Of a stretch of DNA of 64,000 nt, positions 39,835 through 52,014 are shown piece after piece (positions within the stretch are counted from its first letter, which is position 1; each line of letters opens with the position of its first letter). Both the position numbers and the translations under genes were made by a program. The notes beneath the pieces are model-generated. The model was not told the origin of the DNA. It did no database searches and was given only the letters and a program-made list of their open reading frames with translations. Source of the stretch: Terriglobia bacterium (GTDB lineage Bacteria > Acidobacteriota > Terriglobia > JAJPHL01 > JAPKYU01); assembly GCA_965206645.1 (NCBI GenBank), contig CBDBKE010000002.1:512001-576000 (forward strand), in the 5' to 3' direction.

Positions 39835-40731
39835 ATGCTGGTGACGCTGGAAAACCGCCCGGCAGCAGGCGAGCGGCCGAAATGGCTGAAGGTGCGCGCG
39901 CCTGGCGGCCCCAACTACCGCGAACTGAAGGCGCTGATAGAGGGCGAGCGCCTGCACACGGTCTGCGAAAGCGCCCACTGCCCCAATATCGGAGAGTGCT
40001 GGGAGCAGCGCACGGCTACCTTCATGATCCTGGGCAACGTCTGCACGCGCCGCTGCGGCTTTTGCGCAGTGCCCAAGGGCGCGCCAATGCAAGTGGATTG
40101 GGACGAGCCGCGCCGGGTGGCCGAAGCGGTGGCCCGGCTGGGCCTGGAGCACGCCGTGGTCACCTCCGTGGATCGCGATGACCGCAAGGATGGCGGCGCC
40201 GCCCTGTTCGCCCTGACCATTGCCGAAATCCGGCGCCGGAATCCCGGCTGCAAGGTGGAGGTGCTGGTGCCCGACTTTCAGGGCTCGCTCGAGGCGTTGG
40301 GTATGGTGCTCGAAGCCCGCCCCGACGTGTTCAACCACAACATCGAGACCGTCGAACGTCTTTACCGCCCGGTACGTCCAGGCTCCCGCTACCACCGCTC
40401 CCTGGGGCTGCTCCGCGCAGCTAAGGACATGGCCCCGCAAACGCCAACCAAGTCCGGGCCAACCAAATCCGGGATAATGTTGGGATTGGGGGAGCAGTGG
40501 GAAGAAATCGTTCAGACCCTACGCGACCTGCGTGAACACCGGGTGGACATCATTACCATCGGCCAGTACCTGCGCCCCTCGACCAAGCACCTGCCCATTG
40601 TCCGCTACTACACTCCTGAAGAATTTGCCGAGCTGAAGAAGATTGCCACCGACATTGGTTTCCAGCACGTCGAGTCCGGGCCCTTTGTGCGCAGCTCCTA
40701 CCACGCTAAGCGCGCTTTGCAAGCTCCCTAG
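39835..40731 (+). CDS. lipA: Lipoyl synthase
   Basis: [24 protein letters not shown]. Confidence 0.97.
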   Translation: MLVTLENRPAAGERPKWLKVRAPGGPNYRELKALIEGERLHTVCESAHCPNIGECWEQRTATFMILGNVCTRRCGFCAVPKGAPMQVDWDEPRRVAEAVARLGLEHAVVTSVDRDDRKDGGAALFALTIAEIRRRNPGCKVEVLVPDFQGSLEALGMVLEARPDVFNHNIETVERLYRPVRPGSRYHRSLGLLRAAKDMAPQTPTKSGPTKSGIMLGLGEQWEEIVQTLRDLREHRVDIITIGQYLRPSTKHLPIVRYYTPEEFAELKKIATDIGFQHVESGPFVRSSYHAKRALQAP

Positions 40732-40828
40732 CTGATATTGCTCCAGGATGTAGGCGGAGGGCCCATCTGGCCTGCCCTGCATTGGGACTCAGTGGCTCGA
40801 AGCCGGAAGTGCCGGGGTGCTCGCGTTC

Positions 40829-41785
<957 letters not shown>

Positions 41786-41818
41786 TCAGACTTCGGATTT
41801 CAGATTGGCTAAAACGCC

Positions 41819-43087
41819 TTAGTCGGCGGCGACTCGCACCGGCCCCATGTTCTCAATAATGCAGGTAGCGAACTCGCTGGTCTTTACCTTGGTGGCGCCC
41901 TCCATCAGCCGTTCCAGGTCGTAGGTGACCTTCTTTTGCTGAATGGTGTGGGCGATGCCCTCCTCGATCAGGTCCCCGGCTTCACGCCAGCCCAGATAGC
42001 CGAACATCATCGCTCCCGACAGCAGGAGGCTGGAAGGGTTGATCACGTCCTTGTCGGCGTACTTGGGGGCCGTCCCGTGGGTGGCCTCGAAGACCCCGCA
42101 GCCGTCGCCGACGTTGGCGCCCGGCGCCAATCCCAGGCCGCCCACCTGTGCGGCGCAGGCATCCGACAGATAGTCACCGTTCAGGTTCGGCGTGGCCACC
42201 ACCTCGTACTCGTCGGCCCTCGTCAGCACCTGCTGGAACATCGAGTCGGCAATGCGGTCCTTGATCATGACCTTGCCGGCCGGCAGCTTGCCGCCGTGTT
42301 TGCTGCAGACCTCCTCCTCGGAGAGAGTCACGTCGGCGAACTCCTCGCGGGCCAGCTCGTAGCCCCAGTCGCGGAACGCCCCCTCGGTGAATTTCATGAT
42401 GTTGCCCTTGTGCACCAGCGTCACGCTCCGAAGGCCGTTTTCCAGGGCATAGCGAATGGCCTGGCGGACCAGCCGTTTCGATCCGGCCACCGAAATCGGC
42501 TTGACGCCGATGCCGGAATCGGACCGCACGTTGTGGCCCATCTCGGTGTTCAGGAAGCGGATCACCTTCTCTACCTCTGGCGTGCCCTGCTTCCACTCGA
42601 TGCCGGCGTACACGTCCTCGGTGTTCTCGCGAAAGATCACGACATTCATGCGCTCTGGGTGCCGGACCGGCGAGGGGACACCAGGGAAATAGCGCACCGG
42701 GCGCCAGCAAGCGTAGAGGTTCAGCACCTGGCGCAAGGTCACGTTCAGGCTGCGGATGCCGCCGCCCACCGGGGTGGTCAGCGGGCCCTTGATGCCGATA
42801 CGGAAGTGCTGGATGGCGTCCACCGTGCCCTGGGGCAGCCATTCGTTGAACCGCTGCTTGGCCTTCTCACCGGCAAACACTTCGTACCAAACAACCCGCC
42901 GCCGGCCGCCGTAGGCCCTCTCCACGGCTGCATCAAAGACACGCCGGGCAGCCTTCCAGATGTCGCGCCCGGTGCCATCCCCCTCGATGAAGGGCAGGAT
43001 GGGGTTGTCCGGAACTAGGTACTTGCCGTCTCGATACTCGATTTTGGCTCCCTCGTTGGGAACGGGAACACCATTAAACGAGCTCAT
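41819..43087 (-). CDS. icd: Isocitrate dehydrogenase (NADP, homodimeric type)
   Basis: [43 protein letters not shown]. Confidence 0.97.
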   Translation of the reverse strand: MSSFNGVPVPNEGAKIEYRDGKYLVPDNPILPFIEGDGTGRDIWKAARRVFDAAVERAYGGRRRVVWYEVFAGEKAKQRFNEWLPQGTVDAIQHFRIGIKGPLTTPVGGGIRSLNVTLRQVLNLYACWRPVRYFPGVPSPVRHPERMNVVIFRENTEDVYAGIEWKQGTPEVEKVIRFLNTEMGHNVRSDSGIGVKPISVAGSKRLVRQAIRYALENGLRSVTLVHKGNIMKFTEGAFRDWGYELAREEFADVTLSEEEVCSKHGGKLPAGKVMIKDRIADSMFQQVLTRADEYEVVATPNLNGDYLSDACAAQVGGLGLAPGANVGDGCGVFEATHGTAPKYADKDVINPSSLLLSGAMMFGYLGWREAGDLIEEGIAHTIQQKKVTYDLERLMEGATKVKTSEFATCIIENMGPVRVAAD

Positions 43088-43264
43088 AAACCTATGCGCT
43101 CCTTCCTCCCAGACTGCCCACTTCCCCTCCCGAACGAAAGTTAGCACCCTCGGCACACGCTTTTCAACTGGCAGCCTGCCCGGTGGCAAGACGCGTTCTC
43201 GGCTGTTGTAAGCCGCGCGGAAAGTGTTTGCAGGACAGCGGGCATTTCGATACTTTGAACCGAG

Positions 43265-44689
43265 ATGGAGCAGCAGGCCCAAGGCGCAGTTCCTATAGAC
43301 CCCTACACCTTATCGGAAGACGCGGTCCGGGAACCGCCGACTTCGCTGCGGCAATCGTTGCGCCACGTCGGTCCCGGTCTGATCCTTGCCGCTACTATCG
43401 TGGGCACCGGAGAGCTGATCGCCACCACGCACGTGGGCGCGCAGGCGGGCTTCGCCCTGCTGTGGCTGGTGATTGTGAGTTGTTTCATCAAGACTTTCGC
43501 GCAAATCGAGCTGGCGCGCTACACCATCTCCTCAGGCCTGACGACGTTCGACGGGTTTCGGCAACTGCCCGGGCCAGGCTTCCTGCTGCCCTGGTGGTGG
43601 CTGGTGATGATGCTGGCGGTCCAGGCGCAGTTGGCAGCTATGGTGGGCGGCATTGGCCAGGCGATCCACATGGCTGTGCCTGGCCTTTCCTCTGCGATCG
43701 CTGAGGCGGTGGGCCTGGCTGCCCGGCCCGAGTTACCTTGGGCGGTGCTGGTTGCGCTGCTGACGGCAACGCTTCTGGCGGTGGGCACCTACTCGGTGGT
43801 GGAGCGCAGCTCCGTCCTGCTGGTGGCGGTCTTCACGCTGATGACGGTGGGCTGCGTGCTGCTGCTGCCCTGGACCGGCCACTCCTTTGGCTGGCGCGAG
43901 ATCTCCTCCGGGCTTTCCTTTCAGATCCCCCCCCATGCAGTTGGGGCGGCGTTTGCCATGTTTGGCATCACCGGGGTGGGCGCCACCGAACTGATCGCCT
44001 ACCCCTACTTTTGCATCGAGAAAGGCTATGCGCGCCACGTCGGCCCGCGCAGCACGGATGAGGCCTGGATCCGACGCGCCCGCGGGTGGCTGCGCGTGAT
44101 GCGCTTGGACGCCTTTCTCAGCATGGTCGTGTTCACGGTGGCCACACTGGCCTTCTATCTGCTAGGGGCCTCGGTCTTACACCAATACACCGGACCGGAA
44201 GGGTTGCCGGGTACTGTCAGCGGCCTGTTGCAAGCTCTTTCGCGAATGTACGTGCCCGTGCTGGGTGAGCGCGCGGCTCTCTGGTTCATTGTGATCGGCG
44301 CCTTCGCCGTGCTGTTCTCTACTTTCTTTGTCTCCAACGCCACCATCGGTCGCACCCTGACCGATTTTCTGAAGGTGAATGGCTTCATCCGGCTCACCCA
44401 CCCGGGCGACCGGTGGTGGTGGGTTCGCCGCTTCTCCTTCGTGTTCCCGTTTGTGCATCTCTGCCTGTTTGTGTGGGTTGCCAACCCGGTGCAGCTGGTC
44501 ATTATTGGCGGGTTTGGCCAGGCACTGACGCTGCCCATGATCGCCGCCGCTGCCGTCTACATGCGTTACCGCAGAAGCGACCGTCGCCTCATCCCAGGCT
44601 TGTTGTGGGATGTCTTCCTGTGGCTTTCCCTGCTGGGCTTCTTCGCCACCGCCATCTACGGCGTCTGGATCACCTACCAGAAGTTGTAG
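43265..44689 (+). CDS. Nramp/MntH-like membrane transporter
   Basis: [17 protein letters not shown] and multiple TM helices. Confidence 0.8.
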   Translation: MEQQAQGAVPIDPYTLSEDAVREPPTSLRQSLRHVGPGLILAATIVGTGELIATTHVGAQAGFALLWLVIVSCFIKTFAQIELARYTISSGLTTFDGFRQLPGPGFLLPWWWLVMMLAVQAQLAAMVGGIGQAIHMAVPGLSSAIAEAVGLAARPELPWAVLVALLTATLLAVGTYSVVERSSVLLVAVFTLMTVGCVLLLPWTGHSFGWREISSGLSFQIPPHAVGAAFAMFGITGVGATELIAYPYFCIEKGYARHVGPRSTDEAWIRRARGWLRVMRLDAFLSMVVFTVATLAFYLLGASVLHQYTGPEGLPGTVSGLLQALSRMYVPVLGERAALWFIVIGAFAVLFSTFFVSNATIGRTLTDFLKVNGFIRLTHPGDRWWWVRRFSFVFPFVHLCLFVWVANPVQLVIIGGFGQALTLPMIAAAAVYMRYRRSDRRLIPGLLWDVFLWLSLLGFFATAIYGVWITYQKL

Positions 44690-44740
44690 TGAGTACGGCT
44701 TTCGACTTCAGTCCTTGCACTTCGTATTGTTGACTCTGAC

Positions 44741-47700
44741 CTACCCGAAGATTTCGTGGAAGACATCGCGGATCCTCGACGTGACTGTTTCCAGAGACTC
44801 CGCAAGGGGACGGCCGCGCAGGGCCTGGGGCAGCCAGCGCTCGGCCAGCCCTGCCAACGCTTCGGCCTGGGGGTCGGCCACGGGCAATTCGCTGTCCGAG
44901 CGCCCTGTGGAGACGCGTAGCGCGTGCTCCAACCCGCGCAGAAACATTGCTCCCTCGCGCAACGTCTGGACCTGGTCGGGGCGCAACTGGCTCATCCACT
45001 CGACCACTCGCAGCCGGTCCAGAGTGTTCAGTGAGGGGAAAAAGACCTGGGCCGCCTGCAGGCGCAGATAGGTCAGGATGAAATCAATATCGTAGTAGCC
45101 GCCCGGGGCGGTCTTGAGCCGGTTGTGAGGGGTGGTGATGGCTTCCAGCTTCTTGCGCATCTCGGCCAGCTTTTGGGCGGCCTCCGGTCCCTGTCCAAAG
45201 CGCTCACCGATCGTGTTCTGGATGCGCGCCAGCAGCACCGTGCCCTCGGCTACGTCGCCGGCTACCACTCGCGATTTCATGTAGGTGACGGCTTCCCAGG
45301 GCTGCGCCGCCGAGGCGAAATATTCGGCAAAGCCCGCTTCGGCTTCCACCAGTTCGCCCTCGCGGCCGCGTGGGCGCAGGCGTGTATCCACCGCAAAGAT
45401 AGTTCCCTCCCCGGTGTAGGCCGACAGAATCTCGATCATCCGTTCCGCCACCCGCGTCCAGAAGTGTTTGGCCTCCGGATCGCCGCCGCGGTAGAGAAAG
45501 GCCAGGTCGGCGTCGGAGGCGATGTCGAATTCGCGGATGCCCAGGCGCCCCAGCGCCAGCACGATCAGGTCTCCGACGGGGTGGGCCATCGTGCGCGCCG
45601 TTTCCTTCACCGCCGCCTGGTAGGCGGCGCGCAACGCCTGCTCGGCCAGCGCGCTGGTGGCTTCCAGCGTGGAGAAAACCGGAACGGGGCCTAGCAGGCT
45701 ATGGGCGTGCACCCGCATTAGGTTCCGGCGGTGATGCCGGCGCATCAGGGCCATCTTCTCGGCGAGAGGGGCTTCGGAACAGGCCACGTGCATCAGCAGT
45801 GGGTCATCCTGCACCGTGTAGGCGGCTTCGACCCGGAACCGTCCCTGCTCCTCCAAGGCCAGCGTTTCGCCCGCTGGCGGCAGCTCAAGCAACTCGGAAA
45901 TTTCCATCGGGTGGCGCACCAGCATCTCGCTCAGAAACGGGCTGTGCTCAAATAAGTCCGCGGCCCGCTCCAGTACTTGCGGGTGCTGGCAGAGGAAGGC
46001 GAACTCCTCCGCGCCAGCGTAGGCGCTGGTGATGAATCTCTGCAGGGCTTTCCGCCCGCGCCGCAGCGGTAGCTGGGAAATCTCCTGGTAGAGGGGTGGG
46101 CAGTTGCTCTCGATGTAGCGCAGCAGTTCGGGATAGCCGTGCTCCCCGGTGGTGAATGGGGCCTCGGGCTCAAGCCGGAACGGGCGGTGAGCAATCTTCG
46201 AGGGCGAGTGGGCCAGGATTAGCCGGTCGTAAATCTCGCGCACCTGGTTCATGTGCCGCTCGACTTCGGCCAGCAGAATCTCGGCCGCCTCCTGATGCGG
46301 CTCGCCGACCTCGGTGCCGACGGCTGCGGCCCGGCGTGTGGCTTTCCCGCCGGTGACGCCCGTGTGCTGGTCCAGGCGGGCGCGGCGCGCCAGCACGGCC
46401 AGCGCGTCGGGCGAGGTAGGCAAGCGGTGCGTCTGCTGGCCGCGGTCCAGTTGCAGCAGGTGCTCGATGTGGCGCAGGAACAGGTAGGCGCGGCTCAGCG
46501 GGCCGTAGTCGCGCTGCCGCAGGTAGCCCTTCTCAGCCAGCTTTTGCAGGGCAAACAGGGTCCCGCCGGAGCGCAGCCAGCTCTGCTGCCCCCCGTACAG
46601 CCGCTGCAGACACTGAGCCAGAAATTCGATATCACGGATGCCGCCCCGTTCCAGCTTGACGTTAATGCCCGGGTTCCGTAAGGAACGCCGCTCGAGAGCG
46701 GTGCTGATGCGTTCCCGGGCAAACAGCACGCTGTCAATGGCCGCGAAGTTCACCGAGGTGCGGTAGATGAGCGGTTGGACGTACTCCAGGAAATCGCGCG
46801 CTAAAGCCGCGTCGCCAGCCGAGTGGCGGGCCTTGGCCAGTGCCTGCAGTTCCCAGTCCCGGGCACGCTCGCCGTAGTACTGGCGCGCGCCCTCCAGCGA
46901 AATGGCCAGGTCGCCTTCCCCGCCTTGGGGGCGCAGGCGCAGGTCCACCCGGAACACCATCCCCTCGGGGCCAAATTCCGTCAGCGTGCCCACCACCCGG
47001 TGCGCCAGTTTGACGAAGTACTCCTTGTTGGAAATTCCCCCGCTGGTCTCGCCATTGCCACGGTAAAGAAAGACCAGGTCAATGTCGGAGCTGTAGTTTA
47101 GCTCGTTGCCGCCGAGTTTGCCCATGGAGAGGATAGTCATGGGGCACTCGGCATTTTCACTGCCGGCGGCATCCTTGGTCTCAGGCAGGGGGGTCTCAAG
47201 CAGCGGCTTGCCGTAGCGTTCCTCCAATTCCGCCTGGGCGTGTTGCAGCGAGTATTCGAGGATCGCGTCGGCTAGCCCGGACAGCTCCAGCGTGATCTCC
47301 GGCAGCGTCGCCAGATGTAGGACGTCGCGCAAGACGATGCGCAGGTACTCGCGCCGCTTGAACCGGGCCAACAGTGTTGCAAGTTCGACGCCGGATTGCT
47401 GCGGTTCGTCCGCGAATGCGCTCAGCGAATGGGACATCTCCTCCCCCGTTTTCACCCGGTACAGGGTCGGCTCCCGCTCCAGCCAGAGGGCCAGATCTGG
47501 CTGGCGAATCAGCGTGTTGGCCAGGAACTGGCTGTAAGCAAACAGGGTCAGCAGATGGTGCAATGCCGGCGGATGCAGCCCCAGATACTCGCGGACCTCG
47601 GGCGTCGCCGAAGCTGCGAAGCGTTCCAGGTTGCTGAGCGCCGTATCGGGATCCGGGACGCTGGGGAGAAGGCGCGGCAGCGCTTGCTGCGCCGCCGGTG

Positions 47701-47782
47701 GCAGCTCCCGCTCGAGCCGCGCCAAGTTTTCCCTCGCGCGCGCCGGCTGGAGAAACTGGACTGATCTCAACGCCGCTTCCAC
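44741..47782 (-). CDS. glnE: Glutamine synthetase adenylyltransferase
   Basis: MGKLGGNELNYSSDIDL, VDLRLRP, GGIRDIEF and a second NT domain. Confidence 0.93.
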   Translation of the reverse strand: MEAALRSVQFLQPARARENLARLERELPPAAQQALPRLLPSVPDPDTALSNLERFAASATPEVREYLGLHPPALHHLLTLFAYSQFLANTLIRQPDLALWLEREPTLYRVKTGEEMSHSLSAFADEPQQSGVELATLLARFKRREYLRIVLRDVLHLATLPEITLELSGLADAILEYSLQHAQAELEERYGKPLLETPLPETKDAAGSENAECPMTILSMGKLGGNELNYSSDIDLVFLYRGNGETSGGISNKEYFVKLAHRVVGTLTEFGPEGMVFRVDLRLRPQGGEGDLAISLEGARQYYGERARDWELQALAKARHSAGDAALARDFLEYVQPLIYRTSVNFAAIDSVLFARERISTALERRSLRNPGINVKLERGGIRDIEFLAQCLQRLYGGQQSWLRSGGTLFALQKLAEKGYLRQRDYGPLSRAYLFLRHIEHLLQLDRGQQTHRLPTSPDALAVLARRARLDQHTGVTGGKATRRAAAVGTEVGEPHQEAAEILLAEVERHMNQVREIYDRLILAHSPSKIAHRPFRLEPEAPFTTGEHGYPELLRYIESNCPPLYQEISQLPLRRGRKALQRFITSAYAGAEEFAFLCQHPQVLERAADLFEHSPFLSEMLVRHPMEISELLELPPAGETLALEEQGRFRVEAAYTVQDDPLLMHVACSEAPLAEKMALMRRHHRRNLMRVHAHSLLGPVPVFSTLEATSALAEQALRAAYQAAVKETARTMAHPVGDLIVLALGRLGIREFDIASDADLAFLYRGGDPEAKHFWTRVAERMIEILSAYTGEGTIFAVDTRLRPRGREGELVEAEAGFAEYFASAAQPWEAVTYMKSRVVAGDVAEGTVLLARIQNTIGERFGQGPEAAQKLAEMRKKLEAITTPHNRLKTAPGGYYDIDFILTYLRLQAAQVFFPSLNTLDRLRVVEWMSQLRPDQVQTLREGAMFLRGLEHALRVSTGRSDSELPVADPQAEALAGLAERWLPQALRGRPLAESLETVTSRIRDVFHEIFG

Positions 47783-47849
47783 GTTCGCTTATATAGCATA
47801 GCCCGTCTGCGCTCTGGCGCAGTACAATCAGCGGCTGTACAATCAGCGA

Positions 47850-48503
47850 ATGCGGCGGCCACTCGGTTCCAGCGCCCAGCGGGTTCACAGCCCAGGGCTC
47901 CTGTGGCGGCTGTATCTCAGCCTGCGGGGCTCCGAACAGGTGCTGGTGCGGCCGGCGCCGGAACTGCCGCTGGTCTTGATTGCCCACTTGCGGCGCGAGC
48001 GGGCTCCCGCCGCTGAATTGCGAGGCGCGCTGGAAGAAACCTGGCTGACGATTCCCACTGCCATTCGCCGGCAGTACGAGGCAGTCCTGAAGAAAGTGCC
48101 GCCGATCGTGGTGGTCATCCTGCGGCGCCGAAACCCCTGCGGGTGCCTGGGGCATCACCATCGTCCGGGAACGGAAACGCGCATTGCCCGCAAACTGCGA
48201 ACCCTTAGCGGGGTGCCGGTAGGCGAGCTGGACCTGGCCTTTCAAACCATCCGCGAGTGGCAGCCGCTATTGCTCTCCGACCTGGCCATTGAACCTGCCG
48301 TACAACAGGCAGACCGGGAAGAGCTGGAGGTGTTCCGCTATCGGCTGGGCCTGCTCGACGTGTTCCTTCACGAGTTGCACCACTACGCCGCGCCCCAGGA
48401 GGCCGAGCGGGCGGTGCGTGAGCGCAGCCAGCGCTTCTACACCCAGGTACTCGATACCTTCATGCGGGCGCGATTCGGTGTACGCTACGGGCTGCAGCAA
48501 TGA
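47850..48503 (+). CDS. Hypothetical protein with HExxH motif
   Basis: LLDVFLHELHHY...E near the C-terminus. Confidence 0.65.
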   Translation: MRRPLGSSAQRVHSPGLLWRLYLSLRGSEQVLVRPAPELPLVLIAHLRRERAPAAELRGALEETWLTIPTAIRRQYEAVLKKVPPIVVVILRRRNPCGCLGHHHRPGTETRIARKLRTLSGVPVGELDLAFQTIREWQPLLLSDLAIEPAVQQADREELEVFRYRLGLLDVFLHELHHYAAPQEAERAVRERSQRFYTQVLDTFMRARFGVRYGLQQ

Positions 48504-48562
48504 GCGCGCATCATTAATCAGCAGCCGACATTGGCAGACGACCGGAATGAAAGGAGACACCC

Positions 48563-48874
48563 ATGGCTGAATTTGTCAAAGTGGCTACCACGGCGGAGTT
48601 TGGAGACCCCTTGAGTGGCAAGCTGGTAGAAGTCGCTGGGCGCGCGGTCGCCCTGTTCCAGGTTGGCGGCAAGTACTACGCCATTGAAGACACCTGCACG
48701 CACGCAGGCGGGCCATTGTCGGAGGGTTTACTGGAGGGCAACGAGGTAACCTGCCCCTGGCACGGCGCCCACTTTGACGTCACCACGGGCGAAGTCAAGG
48801 GGCCGCCCGCCCGCGCCCAGGTCCAATCGTTTCCGGTGCGCGTTGTTGGCTCCGACATCGAAGTGGAAATGTAA
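48563..48874 (+). CDS. Rieske [2Fe-2S] ferredoxin
   Basis: CTH...CPWH. Confidence 0.93.
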   Translation: MAEFVKVATTAEFGDPLSGKLVEVAGRAVALFQVGGKYYAIEDTCTHAGGPLSEGLLEGNEVTCPWHGAHFDVTTGEVKGPPARAQVQSFPVRVVGSDIEVEM

Positions 48875-48912
48875 CGGGAGCTGTGTTCTCAGTCTCGACT
48901 GGAGGAAACGGA

Positions 48913-49305
48913 ATGATTTCAAGAGCGATACATTGCAGGCTGGTGGTTTTGGCCGTCACCCTAGCTCTGTTCTGGGCAGCGGTGGTTGTCGGTCAGAACA
49001 CGTTCGGAGCGCCCAAGACCCTGGTGCACATAGTCACGATTCAGTGGAAGCCGGATGCCACCGACGCCGACAAGCAGAAGGCACTGGACGGAGTCAAAGA
49101 AATGGCCGCGGCGATACCCGGCATCAAGAACGTGTGGATCAAAGCCACCAAGGTTCAGCCGGCCGACTTCAACGCCGTCTTCGTGATCGAGTTTGAAAAC
49201 CCGGAGGCGCTCAAGCGGTACGCCGACCACCCGGCGCACGAGAAATGGCAAGAGCATTACTCGGCCGTCCGCGCCTCCAGCTACAACAGCGTGGTCAGCA
49301 ACTGA
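48913..49305 (+). CDS. Dabb (stress-responsive A/B barrel) protein with signal peptide
   Basis: HIVTIQWK, IPGI, FENPEAL..YADHPAH. Confidence 0.85.
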   Translation: MISRAIHCRLVVLAVTLALFWAAVVVGQNTFGAPKTLVHIVTIQWKPDATDADKQKALDGVKEMAAAIPGIKNVWIKATKVQPADFNAVFVIEFENPEALKRYADHPAHEKWQEHYSAVRASSYNSVVSN

Positions 49306-49454
49306 ACCGCGGCTCGCGGGGCTGAGCGGCAGAGGTCTGCGGGGAAGGCTGTGTCCGCGCCCGTAGCTGCGTCAGGGCGAATCTCTTCGTGCCGGGAACA
49401 TCCCGCTTCATGCCGGGAACATCCCGCCTGGGGCAGCGTATAATCAAACGAGAA

Positions 49455-50675
49455 ATGAATTTCCGCGAAATGGCGGCGATGGCGTGGACGAGTGTGCGCG
49501 CGTACCGGTTGCGCTTCTTTCTCACCCAACTGGGTCTGGCGATGGGGGTGGCCACGATCATTACCGTGATGACCCTCATCCAGGGCGCCAACGCCTACGT
49601 CAAAGACAAGATTGCCAACCTGGGCATTGATGTCTTTCAAGTTTCCAAGACGCCAGTGGCCATCTCTGACTTTGAAGAGTACCTGCGGGCCCGGCGCAAC
49701 AAGGACATCGTGGTGGAGGATCTGGAGGCGGTTCGCGAGCGGTGCCGCCACTGCGCTGCCGTAGGAGCGCAGGTGGATGCTCCGGCGCGGGCACGCTACC
49801 GCGACCAGGAACTGGCCGACGTCCACATACTCGGCCAGACGGCCAACATGAGCAACATCGGCACCCGCATCGTGGAGCGCGGTCGTTATTTCAGCCCATT
49901 TGAGGAGCAGAAGGCTGCCCCAGTCTGCGTCATCGGCCACGGCCTGGTCGAACACCTGTTCCCCGCCACTGACCCCCTGGACAAGGTGGTGCGTGTGGGT
50001 TCGCAGCAACTGCGGGTGGTGGGCACGACCGAGGAAATCGGCTCCATCTTGGGCCAGGAGCAGGACAATTTCCTGATTCTGCCGCTCCCGCTCTTCTTCA
50101 AGCTGCGCGGCCCACGCCACAGCCTGAAGCTGCACGTGCAGGCCCCAGGCGAGGCGGCCTACCAGGCGGCGCAGGACGAAGTGCGGGTCGTGCTGCGTGC
50201 CCGCCGACACGTCGCCCCAGGAGCCAAAGAAGATTTCTACATCGTTACCCCGGACTCTTACCTGGACCTGTGGCGTTCCATCAGTTCCGCGTTTTTTGTG
50301 GTGTTTGTCCTGATTTCTTTGATTGCCGCTGTGGTGGGAGGCATTGTCATCATGAACATCATGCTGGTCTCCGTCACCGAGCGCACCAAGGAGATCGGGG
50401 TGCGCCGGGCGTGCGGAGCCCGCCAGCAGGACATCCTGCGCCAGTTTCTGGCAGAGGCGCTGCTGTCGTGTGTCCTCGGCGGGGTGGTGGGGGTGTTGAT
50501 CGGCTTCGGGGCGGCGACGGCCCTCAGAAACTTCACCAGCTTTCCGGCCGAGGTTCGGCTGTGGGTAGCGGTGCTGGGCGTGGTGTTGGCCTCCTCGATC
50601 GGGTTGTTTTTCGGAATCTACCCGGCGACCCAGGCCGCCCGCCTGGACCCGGTGGTGGCCCTGAGGAGCGAATGA
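49455..50675 (+). CDS. MacB/FtsX-type ABC permease
   Basis: GGIVIMNIMLVSVTERTKEIG...AARLDPVVALRSE. Confidence 0.93.
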   Translation: MNFREMAAMAWTSVRAYRLRFFLTQLGLAMGVATIITVMTLIQGANAYVKDKIANLGIDVFQVSKTPVAISDFEEYLRARRNKDIVVEDLEAVRERCRHCAAVGAQVDAPARARYRDQELADVHILGQTANMSNIGTRIVERGRYFSPFEEQKAAPVCVIGHGLVEHLFPATDPLDKVVRVGSQQLRVVGTTEEIGSILGQEQDNFLILPLPLFFKLRGPRHSLKLHVQAPGEAAYQAAQDEVRVVLRARRHVAPGAKEDFYIVTPDSYLDLWRSISSAFFVVFVLISLIAAVVGGIVIMNIMLVSVTERTKEIGVRRACGARQQDILRQFLAEALLSCVLGGVVGVLIGFGAATALRNFTSFPAEVRLWVAVLGVVLASSIGLFFGIYPATQAARLDPVVALRSE

Positions 50676-50760
50676 AAAAAGCAGGTTTCACGTGTCAGAC
50701 TCAGCAAACCCCTGACATCTGAACCTAGCACTTGATACCTGAAACCTGGCACCTATTCTG

Positions 50761-52014
50761 ATGACGCGTGATGAACTGAAAGAGAATTTCCTGGTCGCAA
50801 TGGACACGCTGCGGGTGCGCAAGCGGCGCTCGGCGCTGACCGTGCTGGGAATTGTCATTGGAGTGACTTCGGTCATCGCCGTGGCGGCCATCATCCAGGG
50901 GCTCAACCGCCATGTGGGCGACCGGGTGCAGTCGTTCGGCTCGCGCGTGCTTTTTCTCAGCCGCATGCCCTTTGGCCGCTTCGGACGCCTGCCGGAGAAG
51001 ATCCGGCTGCGCAAGCACTTTCGCTACAAAGACGCGCGCTACATCCGGGAACGCTGCCGCTCCTGCGAGTACGTCACCGCTTTCGGCACGCGGGCCCTTT
51101 TCTTTGGGGGAAGCAACGAAATCCGCGCCGGACGCGAGCAGGTAAAGGACCCCATCCTGCGCGGCGCCGACCCCGAGTACGCCGAAGTCCTCCCGCTGTT
51201 TGGCGTCCGCGACGGGCGCTTCATCAGTCCCTATGACCTGGCGCACAGCCGCTACGTGTGCGTGCTGGGGGCGGCCGTAGCCACCTCGCTGTTTCCCAAC
51301 GTGGACCCGGTGGGCCGCGAGGTCGTTCTGAACGGCTTGCGCTTTGAGGTCATCGGGGTGATGGAGAAGGATGCCGGGCTGTTCGGCCAGTCGGGTGTGA
51401 ATCGGTTCGTCATCATTCCCTACTCCACCTTCCACAAGCTTTACCCGGAGAGCCGCGAACACTTCCTTGCGGTCAGCACACTCGACCCGTCGCTCCTGTC
51501 GCAGACCAAGGACGAAGTGACACATATCGTGCGGCGCCTGCGGCGGGTGCCGCTCAGTGCCGAGAATGACTTTGAGATCGCAACCCCGGATTTCCTCACC
51601 GACCTGTGGGAGCAGTTGACCGGGGCGTTGGTCCTGCTGACGGCTGTGATCAGCTCCATCGGCCTGTTGGTGGGTGGCATCGGGGTGATGAACATCATGC
51701 TGATCTCGGTGACCGAGCGGACCCAGGAAATCGGCATCCGCAAGGCCGTGGGTGCGCGGCGGCAGGATATCCGCGCCCAGTTCCTGATCGAAGCCATCAC
51801 TCTGACCAGTTTTGGTGGCGTGCTGGGCATTGTGCTGGGTATTGCAGTGAGCTGGACGGTGCATCTGGTGTTTCCCCTGTTGCCGACCGAAGTTTCCCTC
51901 CTGTGGGTGACACTAGGGTTCTTGATCTCTGTCTCGGTGGGCCTGTTTTTTGGCTTTTACCCGGCCAATCGCGCCGCCAACCTCGATCCCATCACGTGCC
52001 TGCGCTATGAATGA
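50761..52014 (+). CDS. MacB/FtsX-type ABC permease
   Basis: GGIGVMNIMLISVTERTQEIGIRKAVGA. Confidence 0.93.
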   Translation: MTRDELKENFLVAMDTLRVRKRRSALTVLGIVIGVTSVIAVAAIIQGLNRHVGDRVQSFGSRVLFLSRMPFGRFGRLPEKIRLRKHFRYKDARYIRERCRSCEYVTAFGTRALFFGGSNEIRAGREQVKDPILRGADPEYAEVLPLFGVRDGRFISPYDLAHSRYVCVLGAAVATSLFPNVDPVGREVVLNGLRFEVIGVMEKDAGLFGQSGVNRFVIIPYSTFHKLYPESREHFLAVSTLDPSLLSQTKDEVTHIVRRLRRVPLSAENDFEIATPDFLTDLWEQLTGALVLLTAVISSIGLLVGGIGVMNIMLISVTERTQEIGIRKAVGARRQDIRAQFLIEAITLTSFGGVLGIVLGIAVSWTVHLVFPLLPTEVSLLWVTLGFLISVSVGLFFGFYPANRAANLDPITCLRYE

